Notes: generated by a model not told the origin, from the sequence alone. A DNA stretch of 64,000 nucleotides from Marsupella aquatica (GCA_973895155.1 OZ316895.1:21588558-21652557), one strand, 5' to 3'. Positions 1-14,216 are shown, counted from the stretch's first letter. Translations and numbers: made by a program.

Positions 1-254
1 ACCGCCCGACCTCGAGCTCGTCTACTACTCCCGCTCGTCGCCATCGCCACAATCGACACCGCCCTCGCTGCCTCTCTTCTCTCTGTGTGAGTGCAATATC
101 TCCACTGCAGGCCTACAGTACTGTAGGGACGTTCCTGGTGCGGACGAAAGAGAGGTGTGTGACGTAAGGAGGGCGTGTGGTCAGGGATGGGAGTCAATGG
201 CTGTAAGTCCTTTGGCACGGTAGAAGATCTTTTTTGAGAAGATCATAATATATT

Positions 255-1615
255 GACGCTTCAATTGACAGTTATGGGCCCGGGAGAAGGATTTTTCTGT
301 ATTTACACCTGTTTTACAACGACGGATGCAATGAGTGGCTTGAAGCTGGCCATAGATACCTTCAACAAATTTTTATGTTGTAGATGCCTGAATATGGTGT
401 AGATGGTGTGGGCTTTTTAGACGCTTTCAATTGACAGCTGTGGGTCCGGGAGAAGGATTCTGTATTTACACCTGTTTACAACGACAGATTCAATGAGTGT
501 CTTGAAGCTGGCCATAGATAGCTTCAACAAATGTTGTAGATAGCTTCAACAAATGTTATGTTGTAGATGCCTGAATATGGTGTAGATGGTGTGGGCTTTT
601 TAGACGCTTTCAATTGACAGTTTGTGGGTCCAGGAGAAGGATTCTGTATTTACACCTGTTTACAACGACAGATTCAATGAGTGTCTTGAAGCTGGCCATA
701 GATAGCTTCAACAAATGTTGTAGATGCCTGAATGCATAGATACCTTCAACAAATGTTATGTTGTAGATGCCTGAATATGGTGTAGAAGGTGTGGGATTTT
801 TAGGTGCTTTCAATTGACAGTTATGTGCCCGGGAGAAGGATTCTGTATTTACACCTGTTTTACAAACGGCAGATGCAACGAGTGTATTGAAGCTGGCCAT
901 AGATACCTTCAAACAAATGTTGTGTTGTAGATGCCTGAATATGGTGTGAGGGTGTGGGCCCCTTTAGACGCTTTCAATTGACAGTTGTGGGTCCGGAGAA
1001 GGATTCTGTATTTACACCTGTTTTGCAACGACAGATGCAATGAGTGTCTTGAAGCTGGCCAATAGATACCTTCAACAAATGTTATGTTGAATATGGTGTA
1101 GAAGGTGTGGGCTTTTTAGACGCTTTCAATTGACAGTTGTGGGTCCGGGAGAAGGACTCTGTATTTACACCTGTTTTACAACGACAGATGCAATGAGTGT
1201 CTTGAAGCTGACCATAGATAGCTTCAACAAATGTTGTAGATGCCTGAATGCATAAATACCTTCAACATTATGTTGTAGATGCCTGAATATGGTGTAGAAG
1301 GTGTGGGATTTTTAGACGCTTTCAATTGACAGTTATGTGCCCGGGAGAAGGATTCTGTATTTACGCCTGTTTTACAATGACAGATTCAATGAGTGTCTTG
1401 AAGCTGGCTAGAGGTACCTTCAACAAATATTGTAGATGCCTGAGTATGGTGTAGAAGGTGTGGGCTATTTAGACGCTTTCAATTGGCAATTGTGGGTCCG
1501 GGAGAAGGCGATTTTGTATTTACACCTGTTTACAACGACAGATTCAATGAGTGACTTGAAGCTGGCCATAGATACAATATGGTATGGTGTAGAAGGTGTG
1601 GGCTATTTCGAGGGT
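255..1615. repeat. Tandem array, about 8 copies of a ~162-bp unit with internal sub-duplications
   Basis: The motif GACGCTTTCAATTGACAG...GGAGAAGGATTCTGTATTTACACCTG...GAAGCTGGCCATAGATA...GAATATGGTGTAGAAGGTGTGGG recurs starting near 255, 420, 603, 803, 967, 1119, 1315 and 1471. Copies differ by small indels. Confidence 0.95.
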
Positions 1616-3853
1616 TAGTACTTGTGGAGGTGTGTACTTTTAAGTGTTTGATGTCAGCGTGATGAGGTGCTAGTCCAAAACTGAGGATTGTTTCCTGGCC
1701 CATGAGTGTCTATAAATTATCGACCCAGTTAAATCACACGTGTATATATTTCCCCAGCTGCGGAGCTGTGACAGACTGCCTTATACAAACGTTATAGAAA
1801 TATGACATATACTACGACACCCCTGCATACAGTGATAATGCTAGTTTTTTCCTTTCAATCAATGAATGCAGCCACATTTTGATGTGTGATTACCAGCAGG
1901 GAAGGTTATACTGGTACCGTCCAGGAAGCCAGATCCCACTTTATTGTAAGTCGCTGGCAATTTCCTTCATATGTGGCTTTGCATTCCACGGACGAAACCC
2001 CTATGTTTACTTCTAGTATCATCATCGTCCTCGAACGAAATAAATTGAGGCTTTCTTCGGGTGCAGGCCGTTAGATCTTTCAAAGTTTAGAACGAACACA
2101 AAGTTAGCTAACTGAAGTGAAGGTCAGGCTGCTGGATTGATTGAGATGGATTGAGATGGATGGGAGTGACGAAGTGTACTACAATTACTCCTTACAAGAG
2201 ATGCATTAGCGAAATTCTGCAACTTGTTGATAGCTAATGTGGATAGAGTCTGTGTAGTAAACATGGTTCCAGTAAGCCCCAAAATTGATCATCAATGTGA
2301 TTCTGAACTCCATCACTATGTTATTCTAGACTTTCGAACGGGGCCAGAAATGGAAAACCTATAACTGATTTTTAGGCTGGCGTAAAAACGCGTATCTAGT
2401 CGCGGATGTTTTGAATACAGATTACACAAATTCAGTCAGGATGACTAGCTAAAGAAACTTTTCTTGTTGAATTGTTCGTTCTGTTGTCGAAAACAGGACG
2501 GCCCACCCTCCTATGTTTGGCATCTGAATGTTTTGAGGAATGACAGCCGAATGCATAGAACCGGAGTTAACTAACCTGTGAAGGACGCAACTGTTGAGTT
2601 ATTGGTAAGAAAAGGTCTTAAAATGAGAAATTACGGTTGTGAGGAAGTGAAGACGATGGTGAAGACGATGACGTTTCTCATCATCCTCTTCATGCTTGAG
2701 CGTGCCTGACCAGAGCTGTGCCTGTTCTACAAAATCCGTTACTGTAAAGTCCTCTTGGGTGTCTTTAAGGTGTGTCTTGACATCCCGATTAGTGATCAGG
2801 TGTCGAAGTACTCCTTCCTTCCCTTAGAAAACAGAGGAAAGGGGCTCCTCGTAGGGTCTTGGCAACTCAGTGGTCGTGACTCTTGTCACTGGGTGTTACA
2901 GTCTTTCAGGACTTCACTCTGAGTTGGAACTTTTGCAAGCTTGTTTAGATGCCCTGCCCGTAATTGGGATGAACTACGTCGATACGCTAATGATTACTAC
3001 TAGCATCATTGAAGGCACAACTTACTTGCATTTGATTGCAAGCTAGAGTAGTTAGAAAATCTGATTACTAGATTGGTCACCAAGGAGTTTCATTTCTGCT
3101 ATCCATCCTTCGCTTTATCCTACTGAAGTTTCCGGGTGAACCAGTGATCTGGTTTCCTACATATTGACTGATCACTTATGCAGTTGGTCACTCTGACTGA
3201 GGAACATGTCCTTGGCCAAGATGATCACTCACCTATTTCTTACTCCGTTGTTTCTATAAATTAGAACGTAGACAGCAAATGATTAATCTCACCATGATTA
3301 AAGATCCTGTCCTGAGGCAAATGTAAACTGCAAAATGGATGTGTGGGTGACATTGATAGGATGTCAAACAGTTAACTACAACAGCAAATCCAAACAACAG
3401 ATCCAAATTCCACAACACAAGTAGAGTTCAGAAAGCACCAGACGAAATCCGTTCAAAACTCTACTCCGGAGAAATCTGGCCATCTTTTTGAAGGCGCCAA
3501 TTACTTTCAAGTCTGATCAATGCAGTGTATTAGTGTGGCATACGACTCTTCACAACGAGCCCGCCCGTGAGCATGACCAACATCACACTGCCTAACCTAC
3601 ATGTCACCCCTAAATGAATGAATGCGAATACCTCACTTCGGCCTCCAGACGGCTAAAGAAGGAGAGCCCAAACCATGGACACGTAAAAAAGGGTGAGCAC
3701 ACAAATTTCAGGTGGCCAGAGAACGACAACACTGCAATGCCTAAAGACCCACGGATCATAACCAACTCGGTAATGAAACTGCGGTATTTCTTGTTCAATC
3801 CAAGACCTATTGCATTCAAATGCAGTAACTATTATACAAACTTCCAGTTCACT

Positions 3854-6638
3854 CTAGCTCACTTGAGTAATCCCGTTCCTCTGAGCTTCCTGGGATGCAT
3901 TGAACGTGGGGTTTACGATTGCTGGCCTCACTTCTGTGGCGGAGGCTGAGTTCGACTTTTTCCCTACATCAGAAGGGCTCAACAGAATTGATGGCAGCTG
4001 TGGCTGCACATCACCGCCGGACAGCGGAAACGCACCGTTCTGCAAAGAGGACTGCCTTTGTAAGGTAACCTGCGGCACCTCCTGAGCATTTTGACTCACC
4101 GTTTGAATGCCTACGGGGGGATTGTTCTCAGTTGCTGCTGATTCTACATGTTGCAATTCCCTTGCTGAACCGGCGGGCGGCAGAGGAGCAGGATGCTTGG
4201 ATTGACTGGCCAAAAGTGTTTGAGAGACGAGAACACTGAGTTTTGCAATAGTCGACATACGATCTTGATCCCCATGTTCCACTGTCGGTTCATCTGTACG
4301 GACCTTCTTGTGAGCCGGCTCACCTGCTCCTTGATCTTGCCCTGTCGCAGTTCCTTTAGTTTCTGGTGGGCCGGATGGAGGGTCCGTACATGTAGTGACT
4401 GTGAGAAGTGAAGTGGATTCGGGGACACCTGAAAATTCTGCTTTCGAAACACCACCACCATACATATTTTGGGCCTCAATGATCTTCTGAAGACACTTGC
4501 CTTGTGCTTCAATGGAAAGCTGCAGTTGCCTTTGAAACTGCATAATGTTCAAGACGCTATCAGAGACCGGCACAACTCACGTACAGCTATCGCACCAAAC
4601 TCAACACGTCAAGCACTGGAAAAGATGTTTCCATACGAATATGCAACCATCACACCACGCATAAGGATAAAATGTACAGCTTACCTCCAATTGCTCATGG
4701 AGTCTCTTTTGAACTTCTAGTTGCAGACGCAAGGCTTCTGTCACCTGCATGCCACTGCAGATCCCGAAAAAAATTGTCATATCCCTCATTTTATATTATC
4801 ACTACACTTCTCCACAAATTCCAAACGTAAGTTGACGTTATCAACAACATTGCGAGACTCGTTCGTAACGCCTACCCATAATAGCAGACAATAGAATCCA
4901 GCATCTGCATTCCTCCTCATAGATTTGGTTCCAATTTTTATTTAAGAACTACCAAGTGCGGATGAGAACTTACGCATTATGGTCCAGAAGCTGCATAATG
5001 TCCTGCTTTCTTCTCTTCTCTCTCGTCGTTTCTTCAGATTCTGGTGGATCCCTTGCCAGCCTATATTTCTACAAACATCAAAGGTGAAAAAGTTGAGAAA
5101 TGCGAGCCAATCCAAGTAAACCGTCTTCGCTGCATTGCATGCCCAAGCCAGTGAACCTGAAGCAGATTCAGAAATGGATACCTGAAGGTGGCTTTTGACA
5201 TGGTATATAGTGAGGCCATCCACTTCCATTTCTCTCAGTACACCCTTTGGTGTTGCCTCTGTAAGCCACGGCAGAAGAAGTATAAGTACATCCACCTGTA
5301 ATCAACTGCCTGCAAATAGCTACGGTTCTATATCTATAAGGAGCATTCAACTCCCACACTCTTGTACGTGCGAGCATAATCGAACGCAAAAAAATGTCTC
5401 ATTTTACACGTGAAAGAAGCGTTGTTCACCAGGATGCTAAGGAACTTCACTTACTATCAGCACCGCCAAGATGGGCGACACCCTCCACAAAGCGTTCATG
5501 AAGCTCAGGTGTCCATCTCAAACGTTGCTTGGCCGCAGCGGTTTCTGATGAACGTGGAGCATTTTGTTGTGGTTGCGGAACAATACCTGCTGAATTTTGT
5601 CCTTGAGACGGACCCCCTACGGCTCCAATGCCTGAACCTGGATAGTCCCTAGAGTAGACAGGCTGCAATACACTAGTTTTGTCAGTATACGTCAGCACTA
5701 GGCAAACAGCAAGACCACAGCGCCCTTCTCTAATAGCCCCGGAAACTGTGAAGAGGAAAGTGAGCGGTGACCGACTTCGACGAATTCTTCTCCACGACTC
5801 TCTAGCTTCTGTTCTCAACACATTACAGTCATTCGCTCAGCGGAAGTGTCTGTCAACTAACTCCAAAGAGGGGGACGAGGTCAGAACGTACTCGATGCAT
5901 GGGTTCATCAGACAAGTCGATAGGGTCCAAATCGAAATGCGTATAATACTGTGTGATGGACCCATTTGGTGCAGGTGGTGCAGGCTGTGGCCAACCCTTC
6001 AAATAGTCATCTCCAGCCCCAGTTGCGAAGGGCTCATTTCCTGGAGATTCCACTATTCCACCATCACTGCAATCAGTGGGAGACTCCAAAAGCATCTGCC
6101 AGGGATCTCGCAATCCATCTTCCACATCTTCTTTGTTTGAGTAAGGGTGCGTCGGCCTCTCCTCCGCCGGGTAGAGCGGTTCAGCGAGGGCCTGATTGAT
6201 GGCCTGAGGTTGTGACGGAATGGGAAACACAGGAGCGTGTGAAGATGAAGAAGAGGGTGGAGGAACGAGAGAAACTTGATTGGGGTAAGTGTGAGCGGAA
6301 GCATTGGGTGAGGGCCCCGGATTCAGCACAAGCGCTCTAGACGTTTTCTTGGGACCACCCTGGTGCGCAATCAGGTAGCCCCCCGACCCTTGCTGTGGCA
6401 TCGGGGGAGACTGAGGATGAGGATATGACTGAAGGTGAGATTGATGCTGACCGGAAGGCGACGACACTTTGTTGTTGGGCAAATGTTGGCCGTAATTAAA
6501 GAGCGAAGGAGGCATAGCGAACGGCGGTGGCTGCTGGCCCCAGTTTGATTGCACCTTTAGCCTTCTCATGGCATCAAACGACGGAGGGAAGGCTAAAATT
6601 GGCCTCTGACTCTCCGCTGTGCTGCCCCAATCCAGCAT
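3854..6638 (-). CDS. PHR1/PHL-like MYB-CC (GARP) transcription factor. Exons approx. 6638-5862, 5662-5455, 5258-5182, 5068-4974, 4754-4685, 4537-3854
   Basis: The spliced product contains [33 protein letters not shown]...LTIYHVKSHLQKYR (SHLQKY MYB) and GMQVTEALRLQLEVQKRLHEQLE|FQRQLQLSIEAQGKCLQKIIE (LHEQLE coiled coil). All junctions are GT-AG and keep frame. The 3' end could instead splice at CAA|GTGAG near 3862. Confidence 0.93.
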
Positions 6639-8404
6639 GAATCCTGACTCTTGTCACCTGTTTGTCGCTGCTTCTGCTCAGAATTCCCCCGACGCCGCCC
6701 TTCCCCTTGTTTGCCAGTTTAAAATTAGAGGGCCTGTAGCACTCACCAGCGAAGAAGAAAAATAGTAGGACCATAAACGTCGCTTCCCAACCTTCTTCAC
6801 AATGTGAACTGCTTAATTCCCTTTCTTCTTACGTGTGCCTTGCAACAGACTACCACGGAGGCGAGACTACTCCCTTTCCCTCTCAGCAGAAAATTCCTTG
6901 CAAATGTGTAAAAGGCGGCCCTATCCTGTTCTCCTCGTCCCCTGCAGAAGATTCCTGTCCTCGAATGATAAAACTGCACTGCTTCCAGCCTACCTAGAAA
7001 GAGGTGAATTTATCCGTCGACCCAAAAGAAATTTCCGCTCCGCCGCCTTTTAGGCTACACACCTCGAATTCGAATCGCTAAGCCAGTGCCCCTCCCTGTC
7101 GAGTCCTTCCTTCCTTCCCGTCTTAAGTGCACGCCTGACTGTCGAGTCCGGCCAGCTGTCTATCCATACAACGCACAACTATATCCTCTGTCGAACTTAC
7201 TTCGTTATCGTCCGTCCTGAGAAACACGTATATCTTACGTGCGCTCCAAGTGGAGTACAATTTATAGTTCACGCACGGAACCTAAGCCTTATTGATATCG
7301 TCGAGGTGATAACCTGTCGAAGCTGGAATGACTATCTCTGCGACCAGACACTCTCTCGGCCTTCCTGTTGAGCAGCTGAACTATGAAATTGGGGAGCGGC
7401 AATATGCAATAATTCCCTACGCCGCCCGTGACCTTCTCGAGGTTCTTCTCTTCACCTGTTAATGAAATCTCCGGTGCGTCTTGACCCAAGCTGCGGAGAC
7501 AAGGCCTTCTCTACCGTTCTCCCGAGAGCTTGTAATTGAGCACTGCGAATAATCGGCCTCCAATTCAAAATTCCAATCAACAATCTGCAATCGCCATGCA
7601 GCTCCTTCGCAACTACGAAAACCTTACGACCCTTGCCCCACTGCAAAAGCAAAACCGACCTTTGCTCTCTTCGTCCGCCTCCTCAGATGCTCCTTCACTT
7701 TCCTCCCTTTCTTTTCTCACAACAACAGGAACTCCGGAATAACGGGCGGACGTGCGATGATTACTGCTCAGTGAGCGCCTTCCTCTGTCTGTCTTCGTCC
7801 AGAATGTTTATCAATCAGGAGGATGAAAGTAGACCTTATCCACAAACCAGACAGAATCCCTCGCCGGCAAAGTGAGCCTCCTTCCTGCCTGCCTCCCTTT
7901 CGTGGTTCCTCCCCTCACCTCGTCTTCGCAACTCTAATGTTCCTGCTTGCCGTCTGTCCCTCAGCTCACTCTCTCCTTCTCCAGCGGTCGTCGCTCACTC
8001 CTTAAAAAAAACGCCCAACCGACCTTGCCTGAACGTTCTCTCACTTGAGCGCTACCACTCCACCGAACCGAAGGAACACACTACAGCAGAGCAGTGCAGG
8101 GCTTGCGATCCTCCAACAAAGATGGAACCGTAGAGCGTATCCTGCTGACCTCCTTCCCTAGCTGGCTTGCCGATTCTTTCACGAAACCTCTCACTCCACT
8201 CCAATGAGTCCAACAATCCAACCCAATCCAATTTCAATCCAATCCACTCCTCGCCTCGCCTCGGTCAACTTCAATTTCGGCAGAGCAGCGAGAGGGAGAT
8301 GACCACGAGGAGGGGAGAGGATGATTAGAAAAATGAGGACGATGACAAAATTAACAAGGCCCACCCCCGCGCCCGAAGAATCCCCATCGCCTGCATCAGA
8401 ATTC

Positions 8405-8555
8405 TCGCATCCTCGACCTCGAGCTCGTCCTCTACTCCCGCTCGTCGCCATCGCCACATTCGACACAGCTCACGCGCTCTTCCCTCTGTGTACAAAATCC
8501 CCACAACAGAGCTATCCGGGTGCGGACGAAAGGAATGTGTGTGACGTAAGGATGT
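8405..8555 (-). promoter_or_regulatory. Probable promoter/TSS region of the MYB-CC gene, containing a TGACGT core; duplicated at window positions 1-170
   Basis: Lies upstream of a ~1.7-kb leader. Shares CGACCTCGAGCTCGTC..TACTCCCGCTCGTCGCCATCGCCACA.TCGACAC and GGTGCGGACGAAAG...GTGTGTGACGTAAGGA with 1-170. Promoter function is inferred from position. Confidence 0.45.
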
Positions 8556-9139
8556 TGTGGAGTCAGTGTCTCGAGCACGATGAGTTTCGGGGACCGACTT
8601 GTCTGATCTGCCTTCTGTTAATCCCGTGCGCTTATTATTAAGAACGAAGCCAGGATAACCGTCCGATCTCCTATTCAGTCCTTCTCTCCTGCGTTTCGAC
8701 CGTCCGATTCATAGTTCAGTCCTCCGTGCATCTCGGGGCGAGAGTCCTCCCGAACCAGGGCGAGGCTGGGCTCGGTTCGGTTTATTGACCTTGTCATTTT
8801 ATGACACCAGCCCATACCCTTGCTAATGTACTGTAGGCGGCACGGACCAAAGACCAATGTAGATTCCAAGCCAAGCTCGGTCCACAACGTGCATAAATCT
8901 AGAACTACAGTAGTGCATGGACCCAGTGTTTAAACTGTTTTCGAATAATGAGCATTAAATACAAAATTACGCACCAGGTAACAATGGCCTTGACAAGAGT
9001 TTCATCTGTCGATCAACCCTCATTCTTTGAATATTTATAAAAATGATGTCGAAAATCATTATTTGACATATATACTTCTCATTTTTTTCCATTCACATAC
9101 ATTTGGGTGGGACTCTAGAGTCACTATCAGCGTTCTCTT

Positions 9140-9450
9140 AATGGGAAAATTTTGCCAAATTCCACCCCCCCAGAAAGCTTTGGCCACTTTTGTTGATATT
9201 TTTCTGCCTCATTAGCCATTGTCCCACCTAATCACATGCCCAATTAGCCAGAATCTAACCATCATCCTTAAATCTAGAGAGATCTCACAGTCAGGAAAGT
9301 AATCACATAAATAATATTTTGAGCATCTTCTCCTTCACACACTAGACATTTCCTACTCTGGAAAAAAAGTAAAAACCTTGAAAATAAGCTGGTCACAATC
9401 TAGAGGCTTCACTCTAGAAGCTTCAACCCCAACTCTAGCTACTGATTAAG
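9140..9450 (-). repeat. Fragment of a dispersed AT-rich non-autonomous repeat family
   Basis: TTAGCCAGAATCTAA...AAATCTAGAGAGATCT is the reverse complement of sequence at 50305-50347. CTAGAGGCTTCACTCTAG...CCCCAACTCTAGCT is the reverse complement of 24787-24828. Confidence 0.6.
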
Positions 9451-12400
9451 ATTATTAGTAAGACTAGACCAAAGTTTTTCCACAATTTTCAATTTGTAAT
9501 TAATTTTTGCATCTCAGGCAGGCTAAGGGTTGCTCGGGCAGAGGCAATTGAGACATTGAAGGGGATATGGATGGATCTGACAATGCATAGAACAATTTTT
9601 TGATGAAGGGCTAGAAATGGTTCTGATTCTGTAAATGGATGGTGGACTATTTGATTGCTTTGAGAATATCTTATTTATACAAATTTGTAGAATGAGTAGG
9701 TACGAAGCTAGACAACACCATACAGAATCTCAGCTCAAAGCGACTTGAGACAACTAAGTTTAATCCCTAAATTAAAGACTCTTTTGATGCAACTTAAATG
9801 GTGACTCACCCCAGTTGCATAGAAACAACAAACATCATGAAAACTCAGAGTTGGCTAGGGAGCATAAACAAAAAAATAATAGAATAACCTTTTCGTTGGG
9901 TGAAACATAAATGGATACCAAGGCACCTCCAAGTAATAAATAGTTTTCGCAAGTGTATATATCACGCAATTGAGAATTGCAAATCCATGTACCACTATCA
10001 TATGTGTGCTAGGGGTTCCGTGGACAGGTCAGGACAGAGGCTCGGGATGCCCGAGGTAGGTTCGTTTGGGCAAATTCAGACATGGGCTTGTTTGGTAATT
10101 AATTAATTAATTAACAATTGGCAAAGTCCAGACTCCAGGCTGGGGGAACAGCTCGCCGGGAGGAAACTTGCCGGTAACAATTAGGCGGTGACTTATTAGA
10201 CGATGCAACTTACTCGTACGCTAATAGTAACAAGACGAAGTAAAAGACGTGAGCACCACACAAATCTGAAATAAACACTCGAAAAATAATCAACAAATCA
10301 AAATTAATTTTTAAAAATTGCAATAATATAATCACCTGTGCGGTGCATAGCCCCTTGTAGCCAGCTCTGCCGAAAATCCAGTCGATAATTCCTTGTTACA
10401 ATAATAATTAAACAAGTATGTCAATTGTCTGGACTCGTCAGTTGCTCCTCGAAGATCAATTGTTGTGGGTGTTTGTAGTTTGTGCGGGCCTTTAATGTGG
10501 GATGCCTCGAAGCTACACCATGAAATCAACTAATGTGGCCTTTGCACCTGATATTTATTTGATGGGGGTCCAAGATTTTTGTGTTTCATAACCAATGTTG
10601 TTAAAAAAAAAAATTAAAAAAAAAAATTAAAAAAAATTAAAAATTACATAGCTACTATAGCATGTTCATCTGGAACTTGTTTCAATATTTGTCCTCTAGC
10701 AACTACCGTTACCAGATTTGACCCACCGTGGGAATCCATGGGCAAATGGGCAAATGTACAAAATTTTCAGCATCCACCCCAGGGATCAGTTTGTGTTTGA
10801 GCCTCACTAAGACTGGTGGCAGGCAGTTGATCCCATCTTTGACAAATTCATGGAGGTGTTGTAACAAGCTTAGTTGAATGAAATGCATTAATTTGCCCAT
10901 ACTGCAGGCACATATACGCAAATGGAGTGATTTTGAGGCGTAAAGCTCCTAAAACACTCCCCAAAACCTAAGAACCAGCCATGATTGTCAGAGTCATTCT
11001 TGGGTAACATTCTTTTATGGAATCTCAAGATAATATATAATTACTCTCTACCAGTCATTGCTTTTCCCCCCTTACCCTAGTATTCACATTCATATAGATA
11101 CGAATACGTGACCCAGAAAAAGTGACCAGCAATAGTGGGTGTCACTTCACTACTCACAAAAAGTAACCTTGTGCTGCAATGGAGCCAAAATCAATTCTCA
11201 TTCCAATTAAGAGGATAGACAACTACTATTGCGTTGGGCCCTGGAGTAACTTCTCTCTTATGGGACTATGGGAGGCTCAGTGACCCCAAAGTCTATCTCC
11301 TTCCAATTTGGTTGTCATGGTGCTATTGCGAGGGAGAACTTAACCGGGCTTGATTTGAATGGCTAAAAATCTGACTTCCTTTCTGTTCACCCAATTGTAC
11401 TCTACAAGGGGATTTTTTGGTCCCCACGTTTAATTGATGGGGCTCTTTTATTACCCCTTAAAATTTAAGGAAAGCTGCCAAGAAAGGTCGCCGTGGGATT
11501 CACTAGCTTTCATAGGAAGCGTCAATCACGGTCAACTAGAATCGAGGTGGTTATGGTGAGATGGTGAAGCTTCATATGTGGGTCCTCATATGCAAACATG
11601 AATGTTACGATTGTTTGAAATTTTTGGAATGTTTCATTTCCCTTTTATTGAAATGAAACATTCCAACCAGTATAAATATATATAACTTTTTAGGAGGAAA
11701 GAATTTCCCCCTTCTAAAAAATCTCTTGGATACTAACTGAATCCCCAATCTTCAGTAGGGACCACTAAGCCAGAAATATACCATAGTCATAACTTAGCTG
11801 GTGATCAAAACTTAAACTTCCCTCCATACTTTCACGGACCATTGGCCAAAGAAAAGGCCAATGAAAGTTTTGCCAAAGAAATGGCCGATGGACTTTCAAA
11901 AAGTATGGAGGGAAGTTAAAGTTTCGCGGACCATTGGCCGAAGAAATGGCCAAAGAAACGGTTTTCTCAATCCTTTTTTCCAGTCTTGGCTGATACCTAG
12001 CCAAAACATGTGTTCATGGCCTCATTCAAGAGAAACACCATTTTCTGGAGTATCTGGAGTATTTTGCCTCATATAGAGTTTTAGAGTCTGTAGTGTCTAG
12101 AATTTAATTTCCTTCTCAAAACTGCTGGCATATTTTTCCAGCCCAGCATATGTAATATCACATTTTTGCACTGGGTGCCAGTTGTTTTATTTAATTCTTT
12201 TGGTGCAAACTTAATTATCATTATGGTAGTAGAGTCCCCGTGGACACCAGTCAACTCATAGTTCCCTCTCCATGGTTGAAACTTGGAACAGCAACAGTCT
12301 AATTTACTCCTACACTTGAGGGTTTGGAAGGATTGGGACTCTAGAGTGCAATCCATAAAAGTAAGGAGACCACATTCTACTGTGACTTTTCCAACTCCTG

Positions 12401-14216
12401 AATGTGACTACTCAACCTTAGCCTTGGGAAAAGAGAAAAGAGAAAAGGCGATCTTCATGCAGTTGGAAATTGGAACAACATGCATTGTTTTCTCAGGAAA
12501 AAGATGGAAAGATCAAGTTTACCTAGATACCAAGTCTGGAGAACCTATAGTCAATGCATGCCAAATCACGAGAACACTCTTCCTCCATTGGCAAGGGCTG
12601 AAAGGAACCTCTCGATTTCCTGTGCCACTTGCAAAGTTTTCTTTATGATGAAGTATAGAAATCACAATAAAAGATTGCATAGAGTAGTGTACTGCATGCA
12701 TGCATACATGAGGAACACATCCTTGAATCACACATGATTGATATTCTGAATCACATCGGCCACGCAGTAGAATGTCAGTACTACTCTATTCTAGGGTTTC
12801 TTTTGTCCAAGGTATCATGTATGAGTGGGATTAAGCATTCAGGCATTAGGGTTTAATCTTGCTGTATTTTGACATCAACTACAGTAGTTGAAAATTGGGT
12901 ATGGATATCTCTAATGTAGAAAAGGAAAGTTTTGCTCAAAAGAAGAAGTCAGGAGCACAACTCTCTGACAGTGTGGAAATCCATGCAAGGATCAATTATC
13001 CTTTATGTGGGAAAAGACATATTTGTTTTCTTGTTTGAGAAAGGAGGCCAAGTTAAGTGTTATTCATTTACATGATATCTGTAAGGCACCCTTATAATCC
13101 TTTGCATAATTGTCTGCCTATAAGGGTGCCAAGGAGCACGCCAATGAGTAACATTAATGTTTTGTTTTTGCCATTTTAAAGAGCAAAGTTTCACTTAAAT
13201 TTCACATGGAAACTGCTTTGGATACCCAATGAAACAGAAAAGGGGGATGTTCCCCTCCAATTTGCCAAATTCTTATCTAATTAAGAGGGCTAATTGCCAA
13301 TTCTATTGATGCTCCTGAAATTTACACTTAAATCTAGGGAAATCAAAAGAGTAGTACGCATGGTTTCAATTTGCAAATGATATTTTTGAGTGCTTTAAGG
13401 TTGAAAATGGTTCCCGTCAAAGGAAATAATCACCTCTCATACTCATTTCCCAACATGACAAAAGGATGCCTTCATGGAAACTCAGTTCACTCGCTTTGCC
13501 ATCCAGGTGCGGGTGAACGTGGCCGGTGCAGCCCATAAAGAAATTGCCACTCACATTGATTTTGCAAAATGAGAAAAGAATGGCTGGGGTATTCCTCAAG
13601 GAGGCACCACTCTCAATTTTGACTACATATTTTGTGAACGGATTTTGTCACATAATTTAGCATGCTCAAGCCTGAGCTATCCGGCATAGATCTTTAGCAG
13701 TGGGTACTAGTGTTTGCTTGGATAAAAGGCTTGCGTCATTAGAGGATGTCCATGTCCAGCTTAGTTACAACATTGGACTTGGATCACTAGATTATCACTT
13801 TTTTATTTTTTAGTTATTCTTCTTTCTATGCATTTCTGGTCTTCCCCACTTTGCCATCGTCCATCACTGTTAGTCCACTCTGGACCTATTTAGAGTTTCT
13901 CCTTGTAATTTGCTTGTCCCTTTCCTGTAAATGATTTATTTTTTCCCCTAAAGAAAGGTCAAGCAGTGTAGAATGGAAACTCTAACTTCTGGACCACAAA
14001 GATCAGTTCAGAGATATGTACACAGCATTTTTTAGTATAAATTATGATTGTTGGCTTAATTGAATTACTGTGGCAAAACCAATTCACCCGATTTTATCTC
14101 ACTGACAAAAGTATTTGTCATTATGGGCACAAACTATCAGGTCTGTTGTCTTTGAGTAGCCAGTTGTCCACCTAGCCACGGATCCCATGAGTCAACTCAT
14201 TCTTTTCCTCTAGAGA

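Noticed and set aside
255-1615. Possible CRISPR-like array
   Set aside because: The whole unit repeats with no unique spacers, there are no cas genes, and the context is eukaryotic.
4637-4644. P1BS-like GAATATGC in an intron of the PHL gene (possible autoregulation)
   Set aside because: The motif has only 6 informative bases and is expected many times by chance in 64 kb; this is a single copy.
11763-12095. CACTA-starting segment with CCATTGGCCRAAGAAA repeats
   Set aside because: No matching TIR or TSD was found at the nearby TAGTG, so it is at best a relic and was not called.
12283-12737. Short overlapping ORFs with a CxxC...H pattern
   Set aside because: Frameshifted and not recognisable as any family; probably a TE relic.
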